Shown here: piece after piece, positions 47,227 to 56,756 of the stretch
How the letters are laid out: each line of letters begins with the position of its first letter
Position numbering within the stretch: the stretch's first letter is position 1
Assembly: GCA_016861265.1 (NCBI GenBank)
Contig: BOLA01000001.1
Location: 459,569 to 523,568 of the forward strand
DNA from: Patescibacteria group bacterium
Lineage (GTDB): Bacteria; Patescibacteriota; Dojkabacteria; J137
Reading direction: 5' to 3'
Length of the DNA stretch: 64,000 nt
Notes under the pieces: generated by a model
What the model saw: only the letters and a program-made list of their open reading frames with translations
Database searches by the model: none
Told to the model about the DNA's origin: nothing
Program-made: the position numbers and the translations under genes

Positions 47227-48336
47227 ATGAATGGAAAAAAGACAATATTTATAGGAATTATAGTTGCAGTAGTCGCCTTGGTACTGACTATTGTAATCCT
47301 TTTGCTATCTCAGCTTAGCAATATTACTGGAAACAATAATTCGCCTGCTTCGATACCCGTAAGTAACCCAAACAATGTAAATATTATTGATTTAAATAAC
47401 TCCAAAGGAGGTGCCTTTGAATATGCAGTAATTAGACCTGACGACACAATTGAATTAAGAAATAAGCTAAACGAAAAATTTATTATTGGATTAGAAAAAA
47501 GGAACTGGAAAAGTCTAAAATGGAGCCCGGACGGAAAACTTGTTGCGGTTCTTGGAAAATCTACTCCAGCAATCTACGACATATATATATATAACTTGGC
47601 CCAAAAAGAGTGGAGTACAGCAACTGATTTTAAAAACTTTAGTACTGGGGTTGATCAATACAACTGGGTAGAAAACAATACAATTCTATTTACTCAAGGA
47701 GAAGACCCTACAAGATGGATACATAGATTCAATTATGTTTCAAAAGAGATTCTCAAGGTTGCAAATGTTTCGGGAGATATAGTAAGCCAAAGCCCGGATC
47801 TTAAATATATTGTTGTTAAAGCCGACAATGCTGTTCCTCAGATTTTTAATGCATCAGGTGAGCTACAGGAATTCCCATTAGGCACACTGACAGATGCTGA
47901 GACAGCAAATCCTATTGCGTTAAATGAAATTAAGTTTTTTAATAACTCCGAGAAAGTATTAGCAAGAGATGTTTATGGCGACTTTTATAAATTTAACTTG
48001 GGCGACAATACTGCCGTGAGAACAACAATAAATTCCTCAACTTCTTTGGTGTGTTCCTTGACCGAGAATAGTTTTAATGGCTTTACCTCTACAAGTAATA
48101 CTTTATCGTATGGAACATATTCTTCTAAAGATAATGTTTTTAATATTCTAGGTGAAGAATCCTTTAAGCTTTCCTTTACTGTGGACTTACAAAATTCATA
48201 TTGTGCTAACGGGAACATATATCTAAAGCTTCTATTTGCAGATGAAAGTACTCAGTGGTATAAACAAGAAGCTACCAAAATAGAGGCAGATGGAGTTCTG
48301 GATGGTAATTTAGAAACAGATATTATAGAAAAATAA
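47227..48336 (+). CDS. Hypothetical membrane-anchored extracytoplasmic protein (possible beta-propeller)
   Basis: N-terminal TM helix and a TolB-like LKWSPDGKLVAVLG repeat. No confident family. Confidence 0.4.
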   Translation: MNGKKTIFIGIIVAVVALVLTIVILLLSQLSNITGNNNSPASIPVSNPNNVNIIDLNNSKGGAFEYAVIRPDDTIELRNKLNEKFIIGLEKRNWKSLKWSPDGKLVAVLGKSTPAIYDIYIYNLAQKEWSTATDFKNFSTGVDQYNWVENNTILFTQGEDPTRWIHRFNYVSKEILKVANVSGDIVSQSPDLKYIVVKADNAVPQIFNASGELQEFPLGTLTDAETANPIALNEIKFFNNSEKVLARDVYGDFYKFNLGDNTAVRTTINSSTSLVCSLTENSFNGFTSTSNTLSYGTYSSKDNVFNILGEESFKLSFTVDLQNSYCANGNIYLKLLFADESTQWYKQEATKIEADGVLDGNLETDIIEK

Positions 48337-48686
48337 TGAATTCAAAAGACCTAATAAAAAATGCGGAAGAAATACTTGTAAACGAAGGGGTTGATGTCTC
48401 AAAAAAAAGTGATTCAGAAACCCTAAAAGAGTATATTTTACCTGCAATGGAATCTTCTAAGGATATACTAAGTACCATATACGCATTCAATTCAAGAAGC
48501 AGAGAAGGATTTCTTGGAAAGATAAAAACTAAGATACAACAAAAAATCATTTTTACAGTAATTAACGTGATCGAAAAGCAATCAATGAGACAACAGAAGT
48601 TTAATGAACTTACCTTTAGAGCTGTTGAAAAATTAATTGCGGAGAATGAAAGTCTAAAAAAAGAATTAGAAGCATTAAAAAAGTGA
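48336..48686 (+). CDS. Hypothetical small coiled-coil protein
   Basis: 116 aa, charged, with a C-terminal coiled coil (LIAENESLKKELEALKK). It is co-oriented and start/stop-coupled with the upstream gene. Confidence 0.4.
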   Translation: MNSKDLIKNAEEILVNEGVDVSKKSDSETLKEYILPAMESSKDILSTIYAFNSRSREGFLGKIKTKIQQKIIFTVINVIEKQSMRQQKFNELTFRAVEKLIAENESLKKELEALKK

Positions 48687-48699
48687 TATAATTCAAGCA

Positions 48700-48872
48700 A
48701 ATTCGCAACTACCTTAGATTAACGTCACTAGGGGAGAAAAGGAAAGAATGTTGTTTTGTAGAATCCTTCGGGACAAGCCCGTTACAGCTTATGAAAAGAG
48801 CCTGCGCTAGCAGGAACTGAGGTGGTACCGCTGGAATCAGCCCTCATAAATAGTAACTTTTACTTTTATATT
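48700..48872 (+). promoter_or_regulatory. Candidate T-box-like leader upstream of valS
   Basis: GC-enriched 5' leader. It contains a CCTGC-GCTA-GCAGG hairpin (48801..48814) immediately followed by AACTGAGGTGGTACCGCTGG, which matches the T-box consensus AAUUAGGGUGGNACCGCG with UGGU for a tRNA with discriminator A. A GUA codon followed by a purine lies in the upstream stem region. Confidence 0.35.
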
Positions 48873-51515
48873 ATGAGTTTACCAAACGGACCATACAACC
48901 CTCAGGAAACAGAAAACGAAATCCTGAATTTTTGGTTAGAAAATAAGCTATACAAACCCGAATATAACCCATCGGAAGATAGAATCATGTCTACTGAAGA
49001 GATGAAAGCAGATGTACGCGAAGCATGGGCATTAATTTGCCCACCTCCAAACGCATATGCAAGACCCCATATCGGAAATATTTCAGGGTATGCCTACCAA
49101 GATGCGATGGCAAGATACGCCAGAATGCAGGGCAAAAAAGTTTTAGTACTGCCAGGTAAAGATCATGCGGGACTAGAAGGTGAAGGTGTTTTTGTTAGAG
49201 AAGTTTTAGAAAAACAAGGCAGAAATAAGTTCGATATAAAAAGGAAAGACTTTTACGCAGAAATGATGGACTTCTTTATGAAGAACATTGATATTGCAAG
49301 AAATGATGAAAAAACAATTGGTTTATCCGCTGACTTTGATAGAGATACATTCACACTTGACCCAGCTATTGTTGAAACAGTATTAGACACATTCGTAGAA
49401 ATGTATAACGATGGCAAAATTTATAAAGGAGTTAGAATTGTAAACTGGGATCCTAAGGCTAGAACAGCAGTTGCTGACAACCAAGTTGAATTTAAGGAGT
49501 CTCAAACACCCTTCTTTTATTTTAAGTACTCCTTCCCCGAGCCAGAAACCAAGGCAATCGAGCTAAGAAGAGAATACGAAGGAAAAGGCGTATTGTGGAA
49601 GGTGCAGGAATCTGACGAGAAAACCTATTACCTAATGGGAGAAACTCATAAGGGAATTAAGATACTAGGTGTTGGCTATGACAAAGTACCTGCAGGAAAC
49701 GAAGTAAACGGTGAGGTAATAGGAATACAAATGAGATTAGATGGAGACTTTAGACTTGTAGTAAAAGGAATAGACTTTGAAGGCGATATACAATCCGAAG
49801 TTAATAAAGTAACTTTAGAATTATTTAGTAAGATTGCCGGATCGCACATAATATTGTTCGCGAATAACCACGATGAAAAGCTATACACTAATGGCTTTGT
49901 TATAGGAACAGTAAGGCCTGAGACAATTTTTGCAGATACGGCAATAGCATGCGATCCAAAGGATGCTAGATACAAGCAATATGTAGGTAAAAAAATAGAT
50001 GTCGAATTCTTGGGAGAAAAGAAAACACTTCACTTTATTGAGGATTATGCAGTAGATAAAGATTTTGGTACAGGATTACTAAAAGTTACTCCCGCACATG
50101 CGGTTGAGGATTGGGAAATTGCACAAAGGCACACAGAATGTTTGCCGGCAATACAGGTAATTGGCTACGATCTAAGACTGAACAAACTAACAGGCAAATA
50201 CAACGGTATGGGGATTAAGGAAGCAAGAAGAGCAATGCAGGAAGATATGCTTGCGAATGGCAATCTTGTTTATGTAGACGAAAATTATCAGAATAAGATT
50301 AAAATTGCAGAACGAACAAAGGCAGCTATAGAACCGCTACTATCAAGCCAATGGTATTTAAAATACGATGGAATAAGGGAAGCAGCAATAGAGATGGTAA
50401 AAAGTAATCAAGTTACAATTCACCCAGACAACATGGTTAAAAAGTTTGATCATTGGATGGAGAACCTTAGGGACTGGGCAATATCCAGAAGTTTATGGTG
50501 GGGCTACAGACTTCCTGTTTGGTATGCGGGTAAAGTTTTTGAAGAAATCGATGATAACGGACATGTAAAAGAATTTATTGAGATTAACGGAAAAAAGGAG
50601 GAATTGGATTATAAAAATTCAAATCATTTGAGAGTACAGAAACAAAACCCAGGAAAAGGCTGGATTCAAGACGAAAATGTTTTAGATACCTGGTTTAGTT
50701 CAGGGCAATGGGTTTATGCAACCTTAACAAAATATAATTTAATGGATAAATTTTTCCCTACGAGTGTATTAGTGTCAGCACATGATATTCTAGAAAATTG
50801 GGACTCTAGAATGATGATGTTTACTTACTTTAAACACAAACAAATTCCTTTTAAAGATTTATTCTTAACTGGCCTTGTTTTAGGAACAGATGGGCAGAAA
50901 ATGAGTAAATCCAAAGGGAACTTAATTGACATGGATAAAGTAAGAACTGAATTTGGCACCGATTCTGTTAGAATGACCTACTTCTATCAAAATAGTGCGG
51001 GAGCAAGTTATTCTGTAACTCCCGATAAATTAAAAAACTTTAAGCAGTTTAACAATAAGATCTGGAATGCGGCTAAGTTTGTATTAATGAATGCAGAAAA
51101 TGCTACGGACTATACATATTCACAGCCCAAATTAGAAGGCTTGAAATTAGAGAATAGTAAAACAATATTTAACCACATTATCAATACTAAGGCTGCCGTA
51201 ACAAAGAATATTAATAATTTTGAATTCGGCTATGCAACAGATACTTTGTATCAGGAATTCTGGCATACTTTCTGTGACTTATACATTGAATCTAGTAAAC
51301 AGTATCTAAATACAATTAAAGATAAAGAAAGTGGAGAAGTAATAAGTGAACCTAGTCTAGATGATAAACAAGAAACCTTAAACGTTTTAATATATTCGCT
51401 AAAAGAATTCATTAAAATGCTTCATCCGTTTATTCCGTTTATCACAGAAAAGATCTGGAGAGAATTGCCTAAAGTAGAAGGAGACCACAAAACTGTAATG
51501 TATTCTCGATGGTAA
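48873..51515 (+). CDS. valS: Valine--tRNA ligase
   Basis: Class I aaRS with PPPN...HIGN (at the HMGH position), the ValRS-type RYARMQGKKV region, KMSKSKGN and an anticodon-binding C-terminus. Confidence 0.9.
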   Translation: MSLPNGPYNPQETENEILNFWLENKLYKPEYNPSEDRIMSTEEMKADVREAWALICPPPNAYARPHIGNISGYAYQDAMARYARMQGKKVLVLPGKDHAGLEGEGVFVREVLEKQGRNKFDIKRKDFYAEMMDFFMKNIDIARNDEKTIGLSADFDRDTFTLDPAIVETVLDTFVEMYNDGKIYKGVRIVNWDPKARTAVADNQVEFKESQTPFFYFKYSFPEPETKAIELRREYEGKGVLWKVQESDEKTYYLMGETHKGIKILGVGYDKVPAGNEVNGEVIGIQMRLDGDFRLVVKGIDFEGDIQSEVNKVTLELFSKIAGSHIILFANNHDEKLYTNGFVIGTVRPETIFADTAIACDPKDARYKQYVGKKIDVEFLGEKKTLHFIEDYAVDKDFGTGLLKVTPAHAVEDWEIAQRHTECLPAIQVIGYDLRLNKLTGKYNGMGIKEARRAMQEDMLANGNLVYVDENYQNKIKIAERTKAAIEPLLSSQWYLKYDGIREAAIEMVKSNQVTIHPDNMVKKFDHWMENLRDWAISRSLWWGYRLPVWYAGKVFEEIDDNGHVKEFIEINGKKEELDYKNSNHLRVQKQNPGKGWIQDENVLDTWFSSGQWVYATLTKYNLMDKFFPTSVLVSAHDILENWDSRMMMFTYFKHKQIPFKDLFLTGLVLGTDGQKMSKSKGNLIDMDKVRTEFGTDSVRMTYFYQNSAGASYSVTPDKLKNFKQFNNKIWNAAKFVLMNAENATDYTYSQPKLEGLKLENSKTIFNHIINTKAAVTKNINNFEFGYATDTLYQEFWHTFCDLYIESSKQYLNTIKDKESGEVISEPSLDDKQETLNVLIYSLKEFIKMLHPFIPFITEKIWRELPKVEGDHKTVMYSRW

Positions 51516-51597
51516 TTGACAGCTAAGTTTTTAGTGAATAAAATTCAGTGCTAAATACCGACTGGAGGAAAACCATGGCTGGTTAAAATTTAGCATC

Positions 51598-51627
51598 GAG
51601 AGTCGTTCCTCGTAGGGAACGACTCTT
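51598..51627. terminator. Hairpin between convergent valS and the Mur ligase gene
   Basis: GAGAGTCGTTCC-TCGTAG-GGAACGACTCTT, a 12-bp stem. It overlaps the last codons of the minus-strand Mur ligase gene and has weak U-tracts on both sides. Confidence 0.45.
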
Positions 51628-52954
51628 AAACTTTTCCTAATAATGATTGTCTCACAGCTTCTGTGTCGCTCCATTCATAATCCACATGACTAAAAGAGAG
51701 TGTATCTTCGTCCCCTTTTCCCACAACAAATACTATATCTCCTGGTCTTGCTGATTTTATAGCAAAATCAATTGCGTTAAGCCTGCTGGTAAAATCCTCT
51801 GCATCGAATGCTACAAAAGGAACATCGTTATTCTGTTTAACTCTATCAATTTTTAATTTTAAGTTATCCTTATTAATCCAGGAATATTCTTCTTGTGAAC
51901 CGATTCTTTCTACTAACACAGCCCTGTTCGGTTGAGCTCTTAAGTGTAACTCCGTATTAATGTCAGCAGTTCTTTCACTCCTTGGATCTTCGGCTGCTAA
52001 AACTACCATTCCTGAATATTTTGCCGCAGAAGAGGCAATTCTTCTTCTTTCCCTGTGCTGATCTCCACTTGCACCCAGAACGGTTATTATTTTTGAGTTA
52101 TATGGTTTTATTAAGTGCAAATACATTAATGCATCTTCAAGCATGTCAGGTGTAAATGCGTAATCAACAATTACTGTAAATGGTTGCCTTTGCACTACTT
52201 CCATTCGTCCTCTAGTAGGTTGATAGTTTGAGAGAGCAGGCGATATTACATGAGCTGGTAAATAAGCCTGGGCTAATTTTGCAGCTTGTGCTGCATTAAA
52301 TATATTTGCAGTTCCAATTGCAGGAACAACAAAAGGCTGGCCTTCGAATTCAAAAGCCACATTATTTGTTGAATGTCTGATTGCTCCCAACTTATTAAAA
52401 TCAATCCAATAGGAATAAATACTATTTTTAATTTTGCCGGCTTCACTCAAGATCCAATTTGAGATATCGGCATTATGATTATTAAAGACTACTAAACCAC
52501 CATCTTTTACTTTGGCAAGAAAATCTATCTTTGTTTTTGCATATTCCTCCCAATTTTCGTAATCATCCGGTCTATCAAAGAAAATATTAGTAAGGATTCC
52601 AGAATCAAAGGTTATACCTTCAAAAATTTTATTTCTTAGTCCGCTTGAATTTACTTCAACAACAGCGTGAGTAACACCATTTTTTACCATTTGTGCCAGT
52701 ATTTTATTTAACTCAATTGAGTCCATTACATTCGCATATGTATCTCTCTGTTTTTTTTGAGTATCTGTTGTGTAGCCGGTTGTAGTTATAAAACCAGTAG
52801 GTAATCCACCTTCCTTTAAGATATGATGGAGCATATGTGCTGTAATTGTTTTTCCTCGTGTTCCTGCAACTCCAATAACTTTTAATTTATTTGAAGGATT
52901 GCCGTTTGCCAATGAAGATAACAATGATTTTTGTGCGTTGATGAATCTAATCAT
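51626..52954 (-). CDS. murE: Mur ligase family protein (MurE-like UDP-MurNAc-tripeptide synthetase)
   Basis: ATP-binding GVAGTRGKTIT motif and Mur ligase middle and C-terminal domains. At 442 aa it is shorter than typical MurE. Confidence 0.65.
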   Translation of the reverse strand: MIRFINAQKSLLSSLANGNPSNKLKVIGVAGTRGKTITAHMLHHILKEGGLPTGFITTTGYTTDTQKKQRDTYANVMDSIELNKILAQMVKNGVTHAVVEVNSSGLRNKIFEGITFDSGILTNIFFDRPDDYENWEEYAKTKIDFLAKVKDGGLVVFNNHNADISNWILSEAGKIKNSIYSYWIDFNKLGAIRHSTNNVAFEFEGQPFVVPAIGTANIFNAAQAAKLAQAYLPAHVISPALSNYQPTRGRMEVVQRQPFTVIVDYAFTPDMLEDALMYLHLIKPYNSKIITVLGASGDQHRERRRIASSAAKYSGMVVLAAEDPRSERTADINTELHLRAQPNRAVLVERIGSQEEYSWINKDNLKLKIDRVKQNNDVPFVAFDAEDFTSRLNAIDFAIKSARPGDIVFVVGKGDEDTLSFSHVDYEWSDTEAVRQSLLGKV

Positions 52955-53062
52955 ATTCTTTTATATTATTCCTCAATAGAGGATATGTATCAAGTACAAA
53001 TAAGGCTTATCCCTTGAGTCTTCTACTAAGCGTACAAATATCTTAAACAATGCGAGTAAACT

Positions 53063-53491
53063 TTATTTGTTTTCGGTGGGAGTCGACTTATTTAAGAATC
53101 GTACAGACTTAAAGTTCTTTTCTACACTAATAATGTATATCGCTAAAGCAATAAAAACAATGTTCTTAAAAACGAATTCCCCCTCAAGTGTAAATACTGT
53201 TTTTGCACTAAAAAAATAATTAAAGTTTAAAAGTAGAGCAGAGAATGTTCCTAATAAATGAAATATTACGGCAAATGCAGCTAGTGTTCTTGTTTGTTTG
53301 TAAACCAGACCAATTCCAATAATAACTTCACCTACACCAAGTAAGCCTATAATTGCTTTATTAAAGAAAGGGAACCCCGCACGTATTAATTCCTCTACAG
53401 AACTAATTCCAAATATTTTAGGCAGACCAAATGCAACGTAAACTGCTGCCAAAGACAACACAAGTAATGTGTATATATTTATCTTTTTCAT
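53063..53491 (-). CDS. DoxX-like small membrane protein
   Basis: Four TM helices in a DoxX-like arrangement, 142 aa. Confidence 0.4.
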   Translation of the reverse strand: MKKINIYTLLVLSLAAVYVAFGLPKIFGISSVEELIRAGFPFFNKAIIGLLGVGEVIIGIGLVYKQTRTLAAFAVIFHLLGTFSALLLNFNYFFSAKTVFTLEGEFVFKNIVFIALAIYIISVEKNFKSVRFLNKSTPTENK

Positions 53492-54114
53492 CTGTTTGAT
53501 TTTCGATTATTTACAAAATAAATTAATATTACCCATATTCCACTTGATAGCATCAAGCCTCCAATACCTATAATAACTAAGTCAAAGTATATTTGACTTA
53601 TAGATGCAAAATAACCTGCTAATAATGCGAACACGGCCCCAGCGGCGCTCATTATTGTGTCATATACGGCATAGTTGTAACCTTCTCTTCCCCTATCAAG
53701 ATTACTTGCGAATAACTTTCTCCAACTTACCAGATTCATTGCACTCCCTAAACCCAATATGAACTGAAGTATAAAATATGGTAAGGCTGTAGTTATTACT
53801 GGATAAAAAAAGAAGGGTAGCCCCATTAAAATATTTCCTAGTAAGAGAAAAACTATGTCATCTTTATCCTTCTTTATTCTATCGGTAAATAGCCCCACAG
53901 GAATCTGTAGTCCACCTTTTGCCAAATAGTACATAGCAGTGCCAATTCCAATGTATTCAATTGCTCGTCCGCCCAATTTATTTTCAAGGTAAATACCTAC
54001 AATACTGTTTACCATAAAATATAAACCCCATGTGAAGATATCTGATAACGTCAGATAAAAAATAACTTTGTTAATTAGATATTTTGAAATAATAAAATTT
54101 TTTGGATGACTCAT
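53488..54114 (-). CDS. Half-size MFS-like membrane protein
   Basis: About six TM helices with an MFS motif-A-like GLFTDRIKKDK loop. It is coupled to the downstream DoxX-like gene by a 4-bp overlap. Confidence 0.4.
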   Translation of the reverse strand: MSHPKNFIISKYLINKVIFYLTLSDIFTWGLYFMVNSIVGIYLENKLGGRAIEYIGIGTAMYYLAKGGLQIPVGLFTDRIKKDKDDIVFLLLGNILMGLPFFFYPVITTALPYFILQFILGLGSAMNLVSWRKLFASNLDRGREGYNYAVYDTIMSAAGAVFALLAGYFASISQIYFDLVIIGIGGLMLSSGIWVILIYFVNNRKSNR

Positions 54115-54204
54115 ATTCTTGATTTAATATATCACAATAGGTAAGTGAGTTGCTTTAAAAATATTAAGTTGGTAAAGTTATACAGTTATTCATCTCCATA
54201 TTTT

Positions 54205-54462
54205 ATGAAAGAAGAAGAAAAAGTTACTGTGGATTTTAGAAACAAAAGCGACCACGTTCATTTTAAAAGCAGAAAAAGAATATTAACAGATAACTTTTTA
54301 GGTGGAATGGCTTGGGGGCTTGGCAGTGTAATAGGCGCTACCATTATTGTTGGAGTTCTAGGACTGGCAATTGTTAGATCAAAGACAATTCCTTTAGTTG
54401 GAGACGTAGTAAAAGTAATTATTAGTGAAATCCAGGTAGGAGTGCAGGAATTCACAAAGTAA
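54205..54462 (+). CDS. Hypothetical small membrane protein
   Basis: Single TM helix (GGMAWGLGSVIGATIIVGVLGLAIV). It is directly upstream of, and coupled to, the ECF sigma gene. Confidence 0.35.
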   Translation: MKEEEKVTVDFRNKSDHVHFKSRKRILTDNFLGGMAWGLGSVIGATIIVGVLGLAIVRSKTIPLVGDVVKVIISEIQVGVQEFTK

Positions 54463-54463
54463 C

Positions 54464-54985
54464 ATGACTACTCAAGAAATTCAGCATCAACTTTCTACAA
54501 TCTACGATAGTGAATTTCAAAGAATTTATTCGTTTTTCTATTATAAAACCTTATCTAAAGATATCGCAGAAGACTTAACCAGCGAGACCTTTCTAGTCCT
54601 AGCTAATATATTGTCTGGGGACTCCGATAAAAGAATCGATAATTTAAAAGCGTTTTTATTCGGAATCGCAAAAAATGTATTCGTAAAGTACCTTCAAAAG
54701 AAATATAGAGGAGAAATTCCCTTTTCAAACTTTAGCGATGATTTCGAAGACTATGTTGATTCATTCGTAGTGGAGAAGGAGAAATCAGAGCCCCTGGAAG
54801 ATAAGTTAATACAATATTTAAAATATTTACCTAAAAAACAGGCTGTTGTACTGGAATTGAGATTCATACAAAAATTATCTCTTCAGGAAATATGTGAAAA
54901 GCTGGGGAAAAACATGAACTACGTAAAAACCACTCAGAAAAGGGCCTTTAAATCCTTACGGGATATAATTGAAACAAGTATTTAG
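54464..54985 (+). CDS. ECF-type RNA polymerase sigma factor
   Basis: Region 2 (DIAEDLTSETFLVLANI) and a region 4 helix-turn-helix (LSLQEICEKLGKNMNYVKTTQKRAFKSLRD). Confidence 0.8.
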   Translation: MTTQEIQHQLSTIYDSEFQRIYSFFYYKTLSKDIAEDLTSETFLVLANILSGDSDKRIDNLKAFLFGIAKNVFVKYLQKKYRGEIPFSNFSDDFEDYVDSFVVEKEKSEPLEDKLIQYLKYLPKKQAVVLELRFIQKLSLQEICEKLGKNMNYVKTTQKRAFKSLRDIIETSI

Positions 54986-55019
54986 CTTGTACACTAAATA
55001 GTACTATATTATTGAAATT

Positions 55020-55985
55020 ATGAATAAATACAACAAAGAAGAAAAAGAGTTTTTAAGCTTGCTGGATAAGCAAAATGCCGTTGCGAATCCTATGTTTAAA
55101 GCTCAGCTAAAAACCAAGATGCTAAGAGAATTAGAGCCAAAAACAGGTTTTTTCGGCTTTTTAAACACGGCTAGCTTTAGTTTCCTAGCAGTTATTGTAT
55201 TTAGCTTTATTACAGTAATGTCCGGGTTCTTAATAATTTCGGAGTTAAACAAGAACGATACAGTTAAAATAAACCCCGTGGTTTCGGACCAAATTAAGCA
55301 AGAGGTAGTAGAAAAAGTATCGGAAAAGACTTCCGTAACTGCACTTAATTTGCTTAAAGTAGACAATTTAATGGAAAGCGATACTATAGCTAAACCTATA
55401 AAACCCACAGAAGAAGACTACAACTTTAAAACCACAGAAGTTACTTATATTCCAAAATCAGATTACCTTGCCGTTTGCAGCAATTTAAATCTGCCGGAAA
55501 AGCTCACTGTTACCCAGCTTTATGAATATTTTGACGATAATAGGGCAGTATCCAAAATAAAAAAAGATAATCAGACCTTAGCTGTTGTAGAATTCCTTGA
55601 AGAGGAGATAATTCCAACTAGCTTTCCAGTATCTTATGCTCCTGTAAGTTTTGCTGTTCCTCAAGATAGAGTTGAAGATAAAATACTTGATCTAAGTAGT
55701 AACTTTGAACTTACTGAAAATTCATTAGAAAATACAAAAACATTTGTAATAACGGATTATGTAATGTTTAACTGTACTAATCCATTATCTTATCCTGCGT
55801 CTTTTTCAGATAACCAAGATAAGATTATTAGAGAATTTATCCTTAATCCTGATTTCTCAGTTAAAACTGTAAACTTGTACTTAAACCAAATATCTCAAGA
55901 TAATAGACTAGCAGAAATTAATATTACAGCATCGACAAAGACTATAACAAGAGAGGTTGCTGATCAGATTTTACTTGAAGATTAA
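55020..55985 (+). CDS. Putative membrane-spanning anti-sigma factor
   Basis: Immediately downstream of the ECF sigma gene. It has a short cytoplasmic N-terminus, one TM helix (FSFLAVIVFSFITVMSGFLII) and a large extracytoplasmic domain. Confidence 0.4.
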   Translation: MNKYNKEEKEFLSLLDKQNAVANPMFKAQLKTKMLRELEPKTGFFGFLNTASFSFLAVIVFSFITVMSGFLIISELNKNDTVKINPVVSDQIKQEVVEKVSEKTSVTALNLLKVDNLMESDTIAKPIKPTEEDYNFKTTEVTYIPKSDYLAVCSNLNLPEKLTVTQLYEYFDDNRAVSKIKKDNQTLAVVEFLEEEIIPTSFPVSYAPVSFAVPQDRVEDKILDLSSNFELTENSLENTKTFVITDYVMFNCTNPLSYPASFSDNQDKIIREFILNPDFSVKTVNLYLNQISQDNRLAEINITASTKTITREVADQILLED

Positions 55986-56021
55986 CTCTAAATTCATAAT
56001 ACGGAATTACAATAATTAAGT

Positions 56022-56756
56022 ATGATCACTTTAATTGCGTCTTCTTTTTTAGCAGGAGTATTAACCGTTCTTACCCCTTGTACACTGCCATTGCTGCCGG
56101 TAGTTTTGGGCGGTTCACTAAATAGTAAGTCCAAGTACAGAAGCATACTTATTATATCTTCATTGGCATTATCCGTTTTTCTATTTACATTAATATTAAA
56201 GACAGGTTTGAATGCACTAATAGTGGATGATTCCTTGATTAGAGCTCTCTCTGGATTAATTATACTTGCCCTGGGTCTATTTAATTTATATCCAAAATTT
56301 TGGGAAAAAATCACTAATAGAGTTGGGCTAACCAATAAGTCTAATCAAGTTTTATATATTTCAGGAAATAAGAAGGGAGTATTAAGTGCAATACTCACAG
56401 GATTTGCCTTGGGTCCCGTATTTAGCAGTTGTAGTCCTATGTTTGGCTATATACTTTTTGCAATATTACCTTTGAGCTTTGCTCAGGGGGTTATCTGTTT
56501 GTTAGCTTTTATATTGGGAATGAGTATTTTTTTAATGTTAATAACCGTTTTGGGGCAAAGAATTGTGAATAGAACAAAATGGGCAGTGAACCCTAATGGT
56601 AGTTTTAGAAAATTCATAGGATTTTTATTTATAGCAGTTGGTCTAGTAATAATACTAAGAATAGACAAAACAGTTGAGTCTTTCTTACTAGAGCAGCCAA
56701 TTATTCAGAACGTGTTGTTAAATAAACTTGAACAAAATATTATTAACTCATTTTGA
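56022..56756 (+). CDS. ccdA: Cytochrome c-type biogenesis / thiol-disulfide transporter CcdA (DsbD-family transmembrane domain)
   Basis: LTPCTLPLLP in TM1 and SSCSPMFGYILF in TM4 are the conserved redox cysteines. Six TM helices. Confidence 0.75.
   Translation: MITLIASSFLAGVLTVLTPCTLPLLPVVLGGSLNSKSKYRSILIISSLALSVFLFTLILKTGLNALIVDDSLIRALSGLIILALGLFNLYPKFWEKITNRVGLTNKSNQVLYISGNKKGVLSAILTGFALGPVFSSCSPMFGYILFAILPLSFAQGVICLLAFILGMSIFLMLITVLGQRIVNRTKWAVNPNGSFRKFIGFLFIAVGLVIILRIDKTVESFLLEQPIIQNVLLNKLEQNIINSF

Noticed and set aside
48323-48700. 125-aa minus-strand ORF opposite 48336..48686
   Set aside because: F/S-rich low-complexity product on the strand opposite to the surrounding operon. The plus-strand charged coiled-coil protein with start-stop coupling is preferred.
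55994-56335. 113-aa minus-strand ORF overlapping the anti-sigma/ccdA junction
   Set aside because: Overlaps the strongly supported ccdA start in antisense. No independent evidence.
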